A stretch of DNA of 64,000 bases from Gammaproteobacteria bacterium (GTDB taxonomy: Bacteria; Pseudomonadota; Gammaproteobacteria; GCA-002705445; GCA-002716945). The stretch covers positions 27,690 through 91,689 of the forward strand of contig JBJKYD010000012.1 in NCBI GenBank assembly GCA_045561295.1, read 5' to 3'. Position numbers and translations under genes: made by a program. The notes below the pieces were generated by a model. That model ran no database searches. It had not been told where the DNA came from and saw nothing but the letters and a program-made list of their open reading frames with translations. Of the stretch, positions 10,351 to 21,468 are shown piece after piece. Every line of letters begins with the position of its first letter. The first letter of the stretch is position 1.

Positions 10351-12214
10351 AAGTTATCCTATACTTGATCAGGTAGAAACACCCGAGGACATTAGAGTTC
10401 TAGATATAAAAGAACTTGAAAGCCTAGCCTCAGATATAAGGGAATATATTTTAGATACAATTTCTAAAACTGGTGGACACTTAGCTGCCGGATTAGGTAC
10501 GGTCGAGCTCTCAATTGCAATTCATTACGTTTTTAACACACCCATAGATAAAATTATTTGGGACATTGGCCATCAGTGTTATCCACATAAAATATTGACA
10601 GGCAGAAAAAATAAATTGGGTTCAGTGAGAAAATATAAGGGAATCTCAGGTTTTTTAAAAATAAAAGAGAGTGAGTATGATGTATTTGGCGCTGGCCACT
10701 CAAGCACATCAATCAGTGCTGCTCTAGGTATGGCTATTGCAAGAGATTTTCAAAACAAAAAACACAATATTATTTCCATAATCGGTGACGGAGGCATGAC
10801 AGCTGGAATGTCTTATGAGGCGATGTGTCATGCAGGATATTTGAAAACAGATATGCTTGTCGTACTTAATGACAACGAGATGTCAATATCACCAAATGTT
10901 GGAGCACTTAATAAGTACCTAACCAGGTTAATGTCTGCTATAAAGGAAAAGGGTGATAATCTACTTGATGAGAGAAATCCTATCAAAAAGATTGCAAAAG
11001 CTATCAAAGATAATACACAAAATATACTAACCCCTGGGCATTTATTTGAAGAGATTGGTTTCAGTTATCATGGTCCTATTGATGGGCATGACCTACGGTC
11101 TCTCAATAAAGTATTAAAAAATTTGAAAAGTAAGAAAGGTCCGATATTACTCCATGTTATTACTAAAAAAGGTAAAGGCTATAAAATAGCGGAGAAAAAT
11201 CCAATAAAATATCATGGAGTCACGCCATTTGATATTGCTACAGGCGCTGCTGACAAACCTAAGCTTAAAAACTCTCTTACATATACAAATATTTTTACTA
11301 AATGGATTAATTATTCAGCTCAATATAATGAAAATTTTGTAGCTATTACACCTGCAATGAGAGAGGGTTCTGGTTTAGTGGAATTTGAGGAAAACTATCC
11401 GAAAAGATTTTTCGATGTTGGTATTGCAGAACAACACTCCGTAACTCTTGCTGCCGGATTGGCTATTGGTGGATTAAAGCCAATCGTTGCAATCTATTCA
11501 ACATTTCTTCAAAGAGCATATGATCAGTTAATACATGATGTTAATCTTCAGAATTTAAATGTTATGTTTGCCATTGATAGAGCAGGCCTTGTAGGTGCAG
11601 ATGGTGAAACTCATCATGGTATATATGATATCTCTTTTATGAGAGTACTTCCTAATATTGTTATCATGACTCCCTCCAATGAAAATGAAATGTGGATGAT
11701 GTTGAATACAGGTTTACAGTTTGAGGGACCATCTGCAATTAGATATCCGAGAGGTAATTCATCTGGTAACGAAGTTATAATTACAGACGAAACTATTGAA
11801 GTAGGTAAATCATTAACTGTTTGTGAAGGAGGTACTATAGCAATATTAGTTTTTGGTGAGCTTTTGAATAATGTCTTTGATATATCAAAAAGACTATCAC
11901 TAACGCTTATTGATATGAGATTTGCAAAGCCTTTAGATACAAAAAAAATAAACGAATTGTCTAAAACTCACAAATATTTTATCACACTAGAAGATAATGT
12001 CGTGATAGGAGGTGCGGGCTCTGCAGTAAATGAACATATAATGCAAAACGGTTTAGATATAAATATTATAAATTTAGGTATCCCTGACAAAATTATTTCT
12101 CATGGTAGTCAAGACGAACTTTATTCCGAAATTGGCTTGGATAAGAAATCATTAGAAATAAAAATAAATGAGTTATACAATTACATCTCTAAAAACGAAA
12201 AAGTGCTTAAATAA
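10340..12214 (+). CDS. dxs: 1-deoxy-D-xylulose-5-phosphate synthase
   Basis: GGHLAAGLGTVEL, GAGHSSTSISA, GDGG..G, DVGIAEQH, DRAG; ATG at 10340 preferred. Confidence 0.97.
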   Translation: MKNKSYPILDQVETPEDIRVLDIKELESLASDIREYILDTISKTGGHLAAGLGTVELSIAIHYVFNTPIDKIIWDIGHQCYPHKILTGRKNKLGSVRKYKGISGFLKIKESEYDVFGAGHSSTSISAALGMAIARDFQNKKHNIISIIGDGGMTAGMSYEAMCHAGYLKTDMLVVLNDNEMSISPNVGALNKYLTRLMSAIKEKGDNLLDERNPIKKIAKAIKDNTQNILTPGHLFEEIGFSYHGPIDGHDLRSLNKVLKNLKSKKGPILLHVITKKGKGYKIAEKNPIKYHGVTPFDIATGAADKPKLKNSLTYTNIFTKWINYSAQYNENFVAITPAMREGSGLVEFEENYPKRFFDVGIAEQHSVTLAAGLAIGGLKPIVAIYSTFLQRAYDQLIHDVNLQNLNVMFAIDRAGLVGADGETHHGIYDISFMRVLPNIVIMTPSNENEMWMMLNTGLQFEGPSAIRYPRGNSSGNEVIITDETIEVGKSLTVCEGGTIAILVFGELLNNVFDISKRLSLTLIDMRFAKPLDTKKINELSKTHKYFITLEDNVVIGGAGSAVNEHIMQNGLDINIINLGIPDKIISHGSQDELYSEIGLDKKSLEIKINELYNYISKNEKVLK

Positions 12215-12583
12215 ATGTTTAAACTAATTGTAAAAAAGGAATTTTCATCAGCCCATATACTTCATGGTCATCCAGGAAACTGTAAAAGAATGCATGGGCA
12301 TAACTGGCTTGTTGAGGCAGAAGTTCAAGGAGATAATACCAACGAAATTGGTATGGTAATAGATTTTAAAGATATTAAAAATAACCTTAAAGAAATAATT
12401 TCTAATCTAGATCATCAATTTCTTAACGATTTAGAACCTTTTATCAATGAAAACCCAACAGCAGAAAATATATCGAAATATATTTATAAAGAACTATCAA
12501 ATAATATTAATACTGATAATATAAAAGTCAGTAAAATAAAACTGTGGGAAACTAGTAACGCAGCAGTAACTTATACAGAGTGA
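12215..12583 (+). CDS. queD: 6-carboxy-tetrahydropterin synthase
   Basis: FSSAH...[23 protein letters not shown]; adjacent to folE2. Confidence 0.92.
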   Translation: MFKLIVKKEFSSAHILHGHPGNCKRMHGHNWLVEAEVQGDNTNEIGMVIDFKDIKNNLKEIISNLDHQFLNDLEPFINENPTAENISKYIYKELSNNINTDNIKVSKIKLWETSNAAVTYTE

Positions 12584-12587
12584 ATAT

Positions 12588-13397
12588 ATGTCAACATCAA
12601 AGTCAAAATTAGAAATTTCAAATTTACCAGATACACAAGGACAGGCTGATACAAGAAATATGCCTATCAATAAAGTAGGAATAAAAGATATTCTACATCC
12701 TATGGTTATAAAACAAAGGTCTGGAAAACAGCAATCAACCATTGCTAACTTTAATATGTATGTAAATCTTCCTCATGATTTCAAAGGAACACACATGTCT
12801 AGATTTGTTCATATTTTGAATAATCATGAAGAACAAATAACGGTTGATTCATTTAGAAAGATGATTGATGAAATGCTAATACTTTTAGAAGCTGACTCAG
12901 GTCATATAGAAATGAAGTTTCCATATTTTATAAAAAAAACTGCTCCAGTTTCTAAAGTGCAAAGTCTCCTTGACTATACAGTCTCGTTTATAGGAGAAAT
13001 TGAAGATGGTAAATCCAAGCTTAAAGTAAAAGTTTTGGTTCCAGTTACAAGCTTGTGTCCATGCTCAAAGAAAATATCTGAATACGGAGCCCATAATCAA
13101 AGATCACATGTGACTATTACTGTAGCAATAAAAGATTTCATTTGGATTGAAGAAATCATTGATATTGTCGAGAGTGAATCTTCTTCAGAATTATACGGTC
13201 TTTTAAAAAGACCTGATGAAAAGTTTGTTACAGAGCGAGCTTATGATAATCCAAAGTTTGTTGAAGACATGGTTCGTGATATTGCCGTTCATTTTAAGAA
13301 TGATGAGAGAGTAACAGAATATACAGTTGAATCAGAAAATTTTGAATCGATTCACAATCACTCAGCATATGCACAAATTCATAAAGTTAAAGACTAA
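12588..13397 (+). CDS. folE2: GTP cyclohydrolase IB
   Basis: [37 protein letters not shown]. Confidence 0.95.
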   Translation: MSTSKSKLEISNLPDTQGQADTRNMPINKVGIKDILHPMVIKQRSGKQQSTIANFNMYVNLPHDFKGTHMSRFVHILNNHEEQITVDSFRKMIDEMLILLEADSGHIEMKFPYFIKKTAPVSKVQSLLDYTVSFIGEIEDGKSKLKVKVLVPVTSLCPCSKKISEYGAHNQRSHVTITVAIKDFIWIEEIIDIVESESSSELYGLLKRPDEKFVTERAYDNPKFVEDMVRDIAVHFKNDERVTEYTVESENFESIHNHSAYAQIHKVKD

Positions 13398-13401
13398 AAA
13401 G

Positions 13402-14490
13402 TTATCTAAGTTTAACGTATAACCCTCTGAGTACCTCGTCTGATGCTAAGCTTTGTATTTGATTGAAGACGTCATCTTCAATAGTAATAAGCGTTGATTC
13501 ACCAGTTTCACCGCCAGCATCGACTTTTATATTCATAACTTCAGATGAATCACTGCCAAATAGGCTCGACAAGAACCCTTTCGCTTCTTTTTCTTTATCA
13601 TCCAAAGAAACTTTAATTAGACCGCTGGTTTGATCCTTTTCAATAATTTTCACTCCCAAAATATCAAGGGAACTCACCACAGAGGGAAAGACTCTTTCAT
13701 ATATATCAGGCACGAAGAGCGTTTGAAGGCCTTTTTCATCAGTATATATAGATACTGTCTTTCTAATACCTGTTGTTCTAGCAACTATGTATCCAGAATT
13801 TTTAGCTTCATCTCCACCTAGATAGATATACATTCTGCTGATCATCTCATTTTGAAATTCCTTATCTCTAGGTCTATTCTGCCATTTGAATTCTGTATCT
13901 CCATCTGACATGAACTCTTTACCATAGTGTGAAATTACTACATCAAATCCATTTTCTTTTTTTACTATTCTTGTCTTATAGCTATCTCTTGTTTCTGGTG
14001 AGACTAGTAGTGGCACATATCTGCCAACGTATCTTTGTATAATACCCAGTTGTACCTCACTAAGGTTTTCAAGATAATTAGTTCTCATAGATGATATCGT
14101 CAAGTCTTCGCTGAGAATTTGAAATCCCTCCTCTAGCCAGAATGATTTGATTCTCTCCCATAAAAAGATTTTATCCTCAGTTTGGACTGATAAGAACATA
14201 TCCTGGCCTTGCTTAAAAAGTTTTATACCTTCAAGTTTTGTATCAATCGTAAAGAGCTTGCTACTATCATTATCTATAACTTCTGGCAATGATAATGCAT
14301 CTATTGTGTTTGGTTGGCTAAGATTAGGCGGTATGATCAAGTCAATCTGACCTGATGAATAATCTTCATCTGTTTTATATACAAGTTTTTCATTTCTAGG
14401 GTCCGATATAACATTTTTAACATAGTCAGACATCCCAGCACATCCTGTTAACGTAAGTACTAATAAAAAGCTAAAAAAATATTTATTCAT
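13402..14490 (-). CDS. bamC: Outer membrane assembly lipoprotein BamC/NlpB-like
   Basis: LTGC lipobox, LIIPPNL, FWLEEGF, RDSYKTR; directly downstream of dapA. Confidence 0.75.
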   Translation of the reverse strand: MNKYFFSFLLVLTLTGCAGMSDYVKNVISDPRNEKLVYKTDEDYSSGQIDLIIPPNLSQPNTIDALSLPEVIDNDSSKLFTIDTKLEGIKLFKQGQDMFLSVQTEDKIFLWERIKSFWLEEGFQILSEDLTISSMRTNYLENLSEVQLGIIQRYVGRYVPLLVSPETRDSYKTRIVKKENGFDVVISHYGKEFMSDGDTEFKWQNRPRDKEFQNEMISRMYIYLGGDEAKNSGYIVARTTGIRKTVSIYTDEKGLQTLFVPDIYERVFPSVVSSLDILGVKIIEKDQTSGLIKVSLDDKEKEAKGFLSSLFGSDSSEVMNIKVDAGGETGESTLITIEDDVFNQIQSLASDEVLRGLYVKLR

Positions 14491-15370
14491 TTATTATACC
14501 AGATTTAATGAGAGCGTTATTTAATGATTCATCATACTTATCATCCATCCATGTTAAAGGTAGTCTGATGCCTTTTTTTATTAAACCCATTTTGTTTAAA
14601 CACCACTTCACAGGTATCGGATTAGATTCACAAAATAATATATCATGGAGAGTTTCTATTTTGGAATTAATTTCTTCAGCTTTTTCTTTGTTACCTTCAA
14701 TAGCATACTTACACATCATATGCATTTGAAGTGGAGCCACATTCGCTGTTACCGAAATATTTCCAGAAAAGCCATCAATAATATCTGACATTGAAGTCTT
14801 GTCATCTCCAGTGAAAATTTGGATATTTTCCGAGCATAGTTTCATAAGCTTCATAGATCTGTCTTTGTTCCCAGACGCCTCTTTAATTCCTATTATATTA
14901 TTATGTGTAGATAATCTCTGAACAGTTTCTGGAAGCATGTCTACAGATGTTCTTCCAGGTACATTGTATAATATTTGAGGAATAGCAACGGTGTCAGCAA
15001 TTTTTTTATAATGCTGAAAAAGTCCTTCTTGAGTTGGCTTGTTATAATAAGGGGTTACCAATAAGCAACCATCAGCGCCATTTTTTTTTGCACTTTCAGT
15101 AAGTTCAATAGCTTCTGATGTAGAATTTGCTCCTGTACCGGCAATTACAGGTATCCTACCTTTGACTAATTCAATAGTTGTCTTGATTACGCTAGAATGT
15201 TCTTCAAAATCAAGAGTTGCAGATTCCCCAGTTGTCCCTACAGAAATTATTACATCTGTTTTATTATCTACATGGAATTCTATTAGTTGATGAAGCGAAT
15301 CAAAGTCAAGTGAACCATCTGGGTTCATCGGTGTTACTATTGCAACCATACTTCCTTTAAAAATACTCAT
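14483..15370 (-). CDS. dapA: 4-hydroxy-tetrahydrodipicolinate synthase
   Basis: GTTGES, PYYNKP, YNVPGRT, GIKEASG, ESNPIPVK. Confidence 0.97.
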   Translation of the reverse strand: MSIFKGSMVAIVTPMNPDGSLDFDSLHQLIEFHVDNKTDVIISVGTTGESATLDFEEHSSVIKTTIELVKGRIPVIAGTGANSTSEAIELTESAKKNGADGCLLVTPYYNKPTQEGLFQHYKKIADTVAIPQILYNVPGRTSVDMLPETVQRLSTHNNIIGIKEASGNKDRSMKLMKLCSENIQIFTGDDKTSMSDIIDGFSGNISVTANVAPLQMHMMCKYAIEGNKEKAEEINSKIETLHDILFCESNPIPVKWCLNKMGLIKKGIRLPLTWMDDKYDESLNNALIKSGIINE

Positions 15371-16431
15371 TTATAACCTGGTGAAGCCTGTTGAGGCCAT
15401 ACATTTAATATTGTACTAATTAATACTGCAAGTGGTATAGCAAAGAAAACTCCCCAGATACCCCAAACGGATCCAAAAAATAGTATAGATAATAATATAG
15501 CAAATGGGTGAATGTTTACAGCATCAGAGAACAAAATAGGCACAACTACATTTCCATCTATTGCCTGTATAATTAGGTGTCCGATAATTATGTACCAAAA
15601 TTCAGATCCTACTGCCCATTGAAAGTATGCAACTAGAACTAATGGGATGGTTACCGCAATCATTCCTACATAAGGAATAATAACTGACAACCCGCATAGG
15701 AAACTCAATAGCAGTGAATAATTAAGACCTAATGATAGAAATAGTATAAAAGAAGCTATCCATACAATTACAATTTCAATAAACTTACATCGAATATAGT
15801 TTCCAATTTTGAGGTTCAATTCTTTGTAAGCTTTTTGGGTAAGATCTAATTTTTTTGGAAAGAATTTTGAAATCCAACCATTAATTGCTTCCTTATCAAA
15901 TAACATAAAGAAAATCATTATTGGAACTAATATTGCATAAACAATTACAGCAAATAGCCCCCCTGCTGATGCTAGTGAAAAAGTAAATATAGAATTTCCT
16001 AACTTTGATGTTTCACCTTGTAAACCCAGAAATATACTATCGATGTAATCTTTTGGCATGTATTCATTCTCATCATATAACCCTAAAATAAATTGTTTAC
16101 TTTTATTAAATATTTCTGGGAGTGATTTAACAAATAATGTAAGTTGATCTAGAAGTAAAGGTAGCAGCATAAATAATGTTAAAATGCTCAAAATTAAAAA
16201 TACAAGAAAGACGATTACCACGGAAAACTTTCGAACTAAATTACTAATTTTCATTAGGTACTGTACTAATCCCTCTAACATATAAGCAAGAACTATGGCC
16301 ACTAAAATAGGCGCTATAGTGTTGATGAGTATGTACGTTATGAGTACAGAAAATATCAATACTATCGCTAAAGAAACTTGATTTGGATCAGTAAAGTTAT
16401 TTGTATACCAGTCTTTTATTAACTTTAACAT
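15367..16431 (-). CDS. AI-2E family transporter (PerM-like)
   Basis: YIRCK.IE, IPYVG, IQAIDGNVVVP, FFAIPLA. Confidence 0.9.
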   Translation of the reverse strand: MLKLIKDWYTNNFTDPNQVSLAIVLIFSVLITYILINTIAPILVAIVLAYMLEGLVQYLMKISNLVRKFSVVIVFLVFLILSILTLFMLLPLLLDQLTLFVKSLPEIFNKSKQFILGLYDENEYMPKDYIDSIFLGLQGETSKLGNSIFTFSLASAGGLFAVIVYAILVPIMIFFMLFDKEAINGWISKFFPKKLDLTQKAYKELNLKIGNYIRCKFIEIVIVWIASFILFLSLGLNYSLLLSFLCGLSVIIPYVGMIAVTIPLVLVAYFQWAVGSEFWYIIIGHLIIQAIDGNVVVPILFSDAVNIHPFAILLSILFFGSVWGIWGVFFAIPLAVLISTILNVWPQQASPGYK

Positions 16432-16516
16432 TATTTTAGTTTTGTTTAATTATTGATATATGATACATACAAACATGTTAAACTTAAACACATAATAGAA
16501 ACTTAATATATTCTTA

Positions 16517-17773
16517 ATGAAAGCATCAAAATATCCATTATTTACTCAAAAAAATAATCCTTCAGATGCAGAAATTATAAGTCATAAATTAATGCTAAAA
16601 GCAGGTCTCATTAGGCAACAATCTTCTGGTCAGTATAGCTTTCTCCCAGTTGGGTATCGTGTCTTAAAGAAAATTGAAAATATCATAAGAGAAGAGATGA
16701 ATGCTATAGGTTCTGCTGAAATACTTATGCCATCAGTCCAACCCTCAGAGTTGTGGGAAGAATCAGGTCGATGGGAAACATATGGCTTAGAATTACTTCG
16801 GCTGAAAGATAGACATCAAAGAGACTATTGTTTAGGGCCAACTTTTGAGGAAGTAATAACAGACTTAGTTAGAAAAGATTTAAATAGCTATAAACAATTG
16901 CCTATTAATATGTATCAAATTTCCTCAAAATTTAGAGATGAGATTAGACCAAGATTTGGAATCATGCGTGCAAGAGAATTCATAATGAAAGATGCATATT
17001 CATTTCATTTGAATCAAGAATGCCTTGATGAATGGTATGAAAATTATAAAAAAGCTTACAACAAAATTTTTACTCGATTACAACTTGAATACACAATGGT
17101 TGATGCTGATAGTGGAAACATAGGTGGCAGTAAATCAAATGAATTCCATGTTATTGCTGATACAGGTGAAGATGATTTATTGATTGACCAAGACGGTATT
17201 GGTGTTAATTATGAAATTGCAAAAACAAAATATAATTCTGATGATATCAAAAAAATTATTAATGAAAATAATCTAGTTCATAAGAAAGGTATCGAAGTTG
17301 GGCATATCTTTAAGCTCGGAGATAAATATAGTAAAGCAATGAATCTATCAATTGCTGATGTAGAATCAAAAATATGCAATATAGAAATGGGTTGCTATGG
17401 TATAGGCGTCTCAAGAATAATTGCTGCAGCAATAGAACAAAATCATGATGATAAAGGAATAGTTTGGCCCGCAACCATAGCTCCATTCAAAATTGTAATT
17501 ATTGAAATAGATGGTCATAAGAATGAATCTGTTAGAATATATTCTTCTGAACTTTATGAAAAACTATCTGCAAAAGGCGTTGAGGTTATTTTAGATGATA
17601 GAAATTCTAAGCTTGGAAATAAACTTAATGATTGGGAATTAATTGGCATTCCTAATATTGCGATAGTTGGAAAATCTGAGGCAGAGACTAAGTCTGTGAC
17701 TTTCAAGAAACGAGGTCAAGATGATAAGAGCAGTCTATCGATTGAGAATTTAATAAAAATTACTTCAGATTAA
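16517..17773 (+). CDS. proS: Proline--tRNA ligase, short form without INS editing domain
   Basis: SHKLMLKAG, KFRDEIRPRFG..RAREF.MKDAYSF, GIEVGHIFKLG, MGCYGIGVSR; 418 aa. Confidence 0.96.
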   Translation: MKASKYPLFTQKNNPSDAEIISHKLMLKAGLIRQQSSGQYSFLPVGYRVLKKIENIIREEMNAIGSAEILMPSVQPSELWEESGRWETYGLELLRLKDRHQRDYCLGPTFEEVITDLVRKDLNSYKQLPINMYQISSKFRDEIRPRFGIMRAREFIMKDAYSFHLNQECLDEWYENYKKAYNKIFTRLQLEYTMVDADSGNIGGSKSNEFHVIADTGEDDLLIDQDGIGVNYEIAKTKYNSDDIKKIINENNLVHKKGIEVGHIFKLGDKYSKAMNLSIADVESKICNIEMGCYGIGVSRIIAAAIEQNHDDKGIVWPATIAPFKIVIIEIDGHKNESVRIYSSELYEKLSAKGVEVILDDRNSKLGNKLNDWELIGIPNIAIVGKSEAETKSVTFKKRGQDDKSSLSIENLIKITSD

Positions 17774-18075
17774 TCTAGAAATCTATAGTTATCTTTTTGT
17801 TTTTCGTATTGCTCAATAGCCATATTAGCTTCATTGAGTGCTTTTTTTGCAAGAACAGTTGATTTTTTGTAATCTTTTTTATCGTGTGCTTTTTTAGCCT
17901 TTTTAATTATCTTTTTAGTATCTCTCCATGCATTTTTTAATTTAAGAGCTTTTTTATAATTTATCTCAGCTTCTTTAATAATCTTTGATGATGTGGCTTG
18001 GTCATATGTATTTGCAGCTATATTGAGTGCAGGCACAAGAAGAATTAATGCGATTAATATATTAAGACCTTTCAT
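17770..18075 (-). CDS. Exported helical protein resembling SoxK (SoxAX-binding)
   Basis: Signal peptide; WRDT.K.IK.A..A....Y..S..LA..A..EA..A..Q pattern recognised by eye. Confidence 0.5.
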   Translation of the reverse strand: MKGLNILIALILLVPALNIAANTYDQATSSKIIKEAEINYKKALKLKNAWRDTKKIIKKAKKAHDKKDYKKSTVLAKKALNEANMAIEQYEKQKDNYRFLD

Positions 18076-18476
18076 TAGTTGTTCTCCAAAAATTTTATGT
18101 CTGATTCCTCTCTATAACCGACTACCCATAGACCTCGATTTTTTGCATATGTCTGAGCGCTCTCTTTCGCGGCAGAAGAAATATTTTTATGTATTATGAT
18201 GCTTTGACCTGGCAAAATCAAATCTGCATCATATATTTTATCTACATTATTTTTGTATATATTTGGCCAATAAAATGGGTTCCCATAATGCATTGACGCT
18301 ATACTCCATAATGAATCACCATACTCTACAGTATGAAATTCATGAATATTTGAATCCGCTTGAATTGTCGAAAAGTTAGATGTGCCCTCAATATTAGCCA
18401 CATTAGATGAACAAGAAGAGATCAATAAAAAGCAGCTGAATGAAAATATTTTAAAACTATTCTTTTTAATGCTCAT
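18075..18476 (-). CDS. LysM-domain lipoprotein
   Basis: ISSC lipobox; HTVEYGDSLWSIA...WPNIY..N...I.DADLILPGQ. Confidence 0.9.
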   Translation of the reverse strand: MSIKKNSFKIFSFSCFLLISSCSSNVANIEGTSNFSTIQADSNIHEFHTVEYGDSLWSIASMHYGNPFYWPNIYKNNVDKIYDADLILPGQSIIIHKNISSAAKESAQTYAKNRGLWVVGYREESDIKFLENN

Positions 18477-18494
18477 AACAGGTATCCTAATTAC

Positions 18495-19058
18495 ATGAAA
18501 GACATATTAATTCTATATTACTCAAAGAATGATTCAACTAAAAGAATGGCTCGTGCAATATCAAGAGGTATAGAATCGGTATCAAACACAACTGCTATAA
18601 TAAGGACAGTAAAATCAAAACATTACAGTGAAAGTGATGACCTGCTCGTGAACAAAGATGACTTAAAAAACTGTTCTGGCATGATTATTGGAAGCCCGAC
18701 TCATTTTGGTAATATGGCAGCACCATTAAAAGAATTTTTTGATAGTACAACAGAAGAATGGCTCAACAATACCCTAGAAAGTAAATTAGGTGGCGTTTTT
18801 ACTTCAACCTCAAGTATGCATGGAGGTCAAGAAACCACTCTTTTAAGCATGATGCTTCCATTGCTTCATCATGGTATGTTGATTGCAGGCGTACCCTACA
18901 GTGAAAAAGCATTGTCCTCTACAAAATCTGGCGGAACGCCATATGGCCCTACTCATGTAGCTCACAATCAAAAAAGTGAGTTGACAGCTGAGGAAAAAAT
19001 AATATGCATGTCCTATGGAAAAAGATTTGCTGAGATTGTATGTGATTTGAAAAATTAA
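18495..19058 (+). CDS. wrbA: NAD(P)H:quinone oxidoreductase WrbA
   Basis: GSPTHFGNMA, STSSMHGGQETT, GGTPYG. Confidence 0.93.
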   Translation: MKDILILYYSKNDSTKRMARAISRGIESVSNTTAIIRTVKSKHYSESDDLLVNKDDLKNCSGMIIGSPTHFGNMAAPLKEFFDSTTEEWLNNTLESKLGGVFTSTSSMHGGQETTLLSMMLPLLHHGMLIAGVPYSEKALSSTKSGGTPYGPTHVAHNQKSELTAEEKIICMSYGKRFAEIVCDLKN

Positions 19059-19744
19059 CTTGCTAGTTTACTAATGGCTTTTTTTATAAAAGGTATCGTT
19101 ACTCTTTTTTTCATAGACAACGATGCATTATCAAGCGTCCTTATAAATGCACAAAGAAAAAATAAATCGCGACTACAATTGTTAATAATATAATTAAAAA
19201 CCTTCTCTGAAACGACTAAACCTCTCTCTGAGCAATATGACATAAGAAGTTTTATCTTATTTTCATCATCAAGGTCTTTAATATGAAATATTTTATCAGA
19301 TAGTAATCTTGACAATAAATCACTTAAACCTATGCCACAAGTCTCGATCTTATCTGTTGAAGTAATAACAACTGACTTCTTATGTAATATTTGATTATCT
19401 ATAAGAGTAAATAATATTTCTTCAGTTTTGCGATTAGAACTTATCTTATCAATATCATCAATTATTACTAAATCATAATAATCTGACATTGATAAGGTAT
19501 TAAAATCTGTCTGTTGATTGACACAAATAGAATTGATTAGTTCTAAGTTCATCAAAGCTTCAGATATATGAGATTTTCCTGAGGATTTTGAACCGTAAAT
19601 TAAAATTAACTGATTCTCATTATTGATACTTTTGAGTGAGTCAAATAAATCTTGATTATTGCCAACAATGAAGTTATCGAAGGTTTTATTTGAGTAAAAA
19701 CCAAAGTTTATTGGAATTTGATCATATAGAAGGTCTTGTGTCAT
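19055..19744 (-). CDS. hda: DnaA regulatory inactivator Hda
   Basis: TFDNFIVG.N, G...SGKSH, DLLSRL, KRVTIPFIK; divergent from purM. Confidence 0.88.
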   Translation of the reverse strand: MTQDLLYDQIPINFGFYSNKTFDNFIVGNNQDLFDSLKSINNENQLILIYGSKSSGKSHISEALMNLELINSICVNQQTDFNTLSMSDYYDLVIIDDIDKISSNRKTEEILFTLIDNQILHKKSVVITSTDKIETCGIGLSDLLSRLLSDKIFHIKDLDDENKIKLLMSYCSERGLVVSEKVFNYIINNCSRDLFFLCAFIRTLDNASLSMKKRVTIPFIKKAISKLAS

Positions 19745-19796
19745 TTCAGTATCTATAGTAATTTCTTTGAGCTATAATTATAACCTATCTGGTGCT

Positions 19797-20837
19797 ATGA
19801 GTAGTAAGCAAAAAAAGAAAATAAATTACCAAGGTGCTGGAGTCAGTATCCACAGAGCTGACAAACTTATAGATTCAATTAAATCCAAAGCCGAAAAAAA
19901 AGATAGGAACGTAATATCGGGTATAGGTGGTTTTTCTAGTCTTTATAAAATTGATAAAAAGATTAATGATCCTGTAATTGTATCTGGAACAGATGGCGTA
20001 GGGACAAAACTCAAAATAGCTAAAGTATTAAAGAATCATAAATACATTGGTCAAGATCTAGTAGCAATGTGCGTAAATGATGTTATTACGAGTGGTGCAA
20101 AACCATTATTCTTCCTAGATTATTTAGCTACTAGCAAGATAGATCATAAAGTTCACTCGGATGTACTAAGAGGCATTAATAATGCCTGTAAGAAGTGCAA
20201 AATGACCTTGATTGGTGGTGAAACTGCTGAGATGCCTGGAATGTACAATGGTAAAGACTATGATCTTGCAGGTTTCTGTGTCGGGATTGTCTCCCAAAAA
20301 GAGATAATACAAAATAAGCTTATTAAAGAAAGTGATGTTATCTTAGGATTATCTTCAAACGGACTTCACTCTAATGGCTATTCCCTCATCAATAAACTTA
20401 TCGAAAAAAGAAGGCTGAAATTAAAAAATGTATTTGGATCAATGCCTGTAGGTAACTATTTAATAAAGCCAACAAAACTATATGTAGGTATAATCTCAGA
20501 GCTGTTAAAAAAAATTAAAATAAATGGTTTGGCTCATATTACAGGTGGAGGTATTACTGATAATATTCCAAGAATTTTGCCTGATAAGCTTTCTGCGTGT
20601 ATAAATTTATATTCTCTAAAGATTCCAAAAATATTTAGATATATACAGGAGCTATCTAAGATAAATGACAAAGAATTGTTAAAAACTTTTAATTGCGGCA
20701 TAGGTATGGCGGTAATAATTGATAAAAAATATCTATCTAAAGCTCACTCGGTTTTAAAACAACATAAGACTTCATATAAAATAATTGGTCAAGTCGTAAG
20801 AAAGCCATCTGATTCTAAAATAATTTATGTCGACTAA
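19797..20837 (+). CDS. purM: AIR synthase
   Basis: GTDGVGTK, DLVAMCVND, GGETAEMPG, AHITGGG, TFNCGIGM; ATG start chosen over upstream TTG. Confidence 0.96.
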   Translation: MSSKQKKKINYQGAGVSIHRADKLIDSIKSKAEKKDRNVISGIGGFSSLYKIDKKINDPVIVSGTDGVGTKLKIAKVLKNHKYIGQDLVAMCVNDVITSGAKPLFFLDYLATSKIDHKVHSDVLRGINNACKKCKMTLIGGETAEMPGMYNGKDYDLAGFCVGIVSQKEIIQNKLIKESDVILGLSSNGLHSNGYSLINKLIEKRRLKLKNVFGSMPVGNYLIKPTKLYVGIISELLKKIKINGLAHITGGGITDNIPRILPDKLSACINLYSLKIPKIFRYIQELSKINDKELLKTFNCGIGMAVIIDKKYLSKAHSVLKQHKTSYKIIGQVVRKPSDSKIIYVD

Positions 20838-21468
20838 GAGATGTGTAGTTTTATTTTCTGGGAATGGCTCTAATGTTGAGAATCTTTTGAATAAACGCGA
20901 TGTAGTTGAAGATAAGCTAAGTTATATCTCAGCTTTCACAGATAATGCAAAAGCAAAAGGAATAGAGATTTGCAAAAAATTTAATTTAGATATTTGTGTA
21001 GGGAGAAAAGATACACTCAATGAAGATTTAAATAAGTTTCTTGATGATAATAATCCTGACCTAATAATACTGTCAGGATATATGAAAATAGTTACAGAAT
21101 TAATAGTAAACAAATATTTAGGGAAAATAATTAATATACACCCCTCCTTATTACCTAAATATCCAGGATTAAATACCTATGAAAAAGTGATAGAAAATAA
21201 TGATCAATATCATGGTGCGACAGTCCATTTTGTTACAAAAGATTTAGATGAAGGGCCCATAATATTACAAGGTTCATTTCCCGTTAAAGAAGGAATGACA
21301 AAAGCTGAGCTTGAGAAATTTACACACAAAACTGAATATATTATATTTCCAATAGTGGTGGAATGGTTTGCTGAGAATGTAATTCAATATAAAGAAGGAA
21401 ACATTTATTTAAAAGATAAACTCATAACTGAACCTATTGTTTATCAAGTTAATGTAAGTAATGATTAA
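20827..21468 (+). CDS. purN: GAR transformylase
   Basis: SGNGSN, NIHPSLLPKYPG, HGATVHFV..LDEGPII. Confidence 0.96.
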   Translation: MSTKRCVVLFSGNGSNVENLLNKRDVVEDKLSYISAFTDNAKAKGIEICKKFNLDICVGRKDTLNEDLNKFLDDNNPDLIILSGYMKIVTELIVNKYLGKIINIHPSLLPKYPGLNTYEKVIENNDQYHGATVHFVTKDLDEGPIILQGSFPVKEGMTKAELEKFTHKTEYIIFPIVVEWFAENVIQYKEGNIYLKDKLITEPIVYQVNVSND

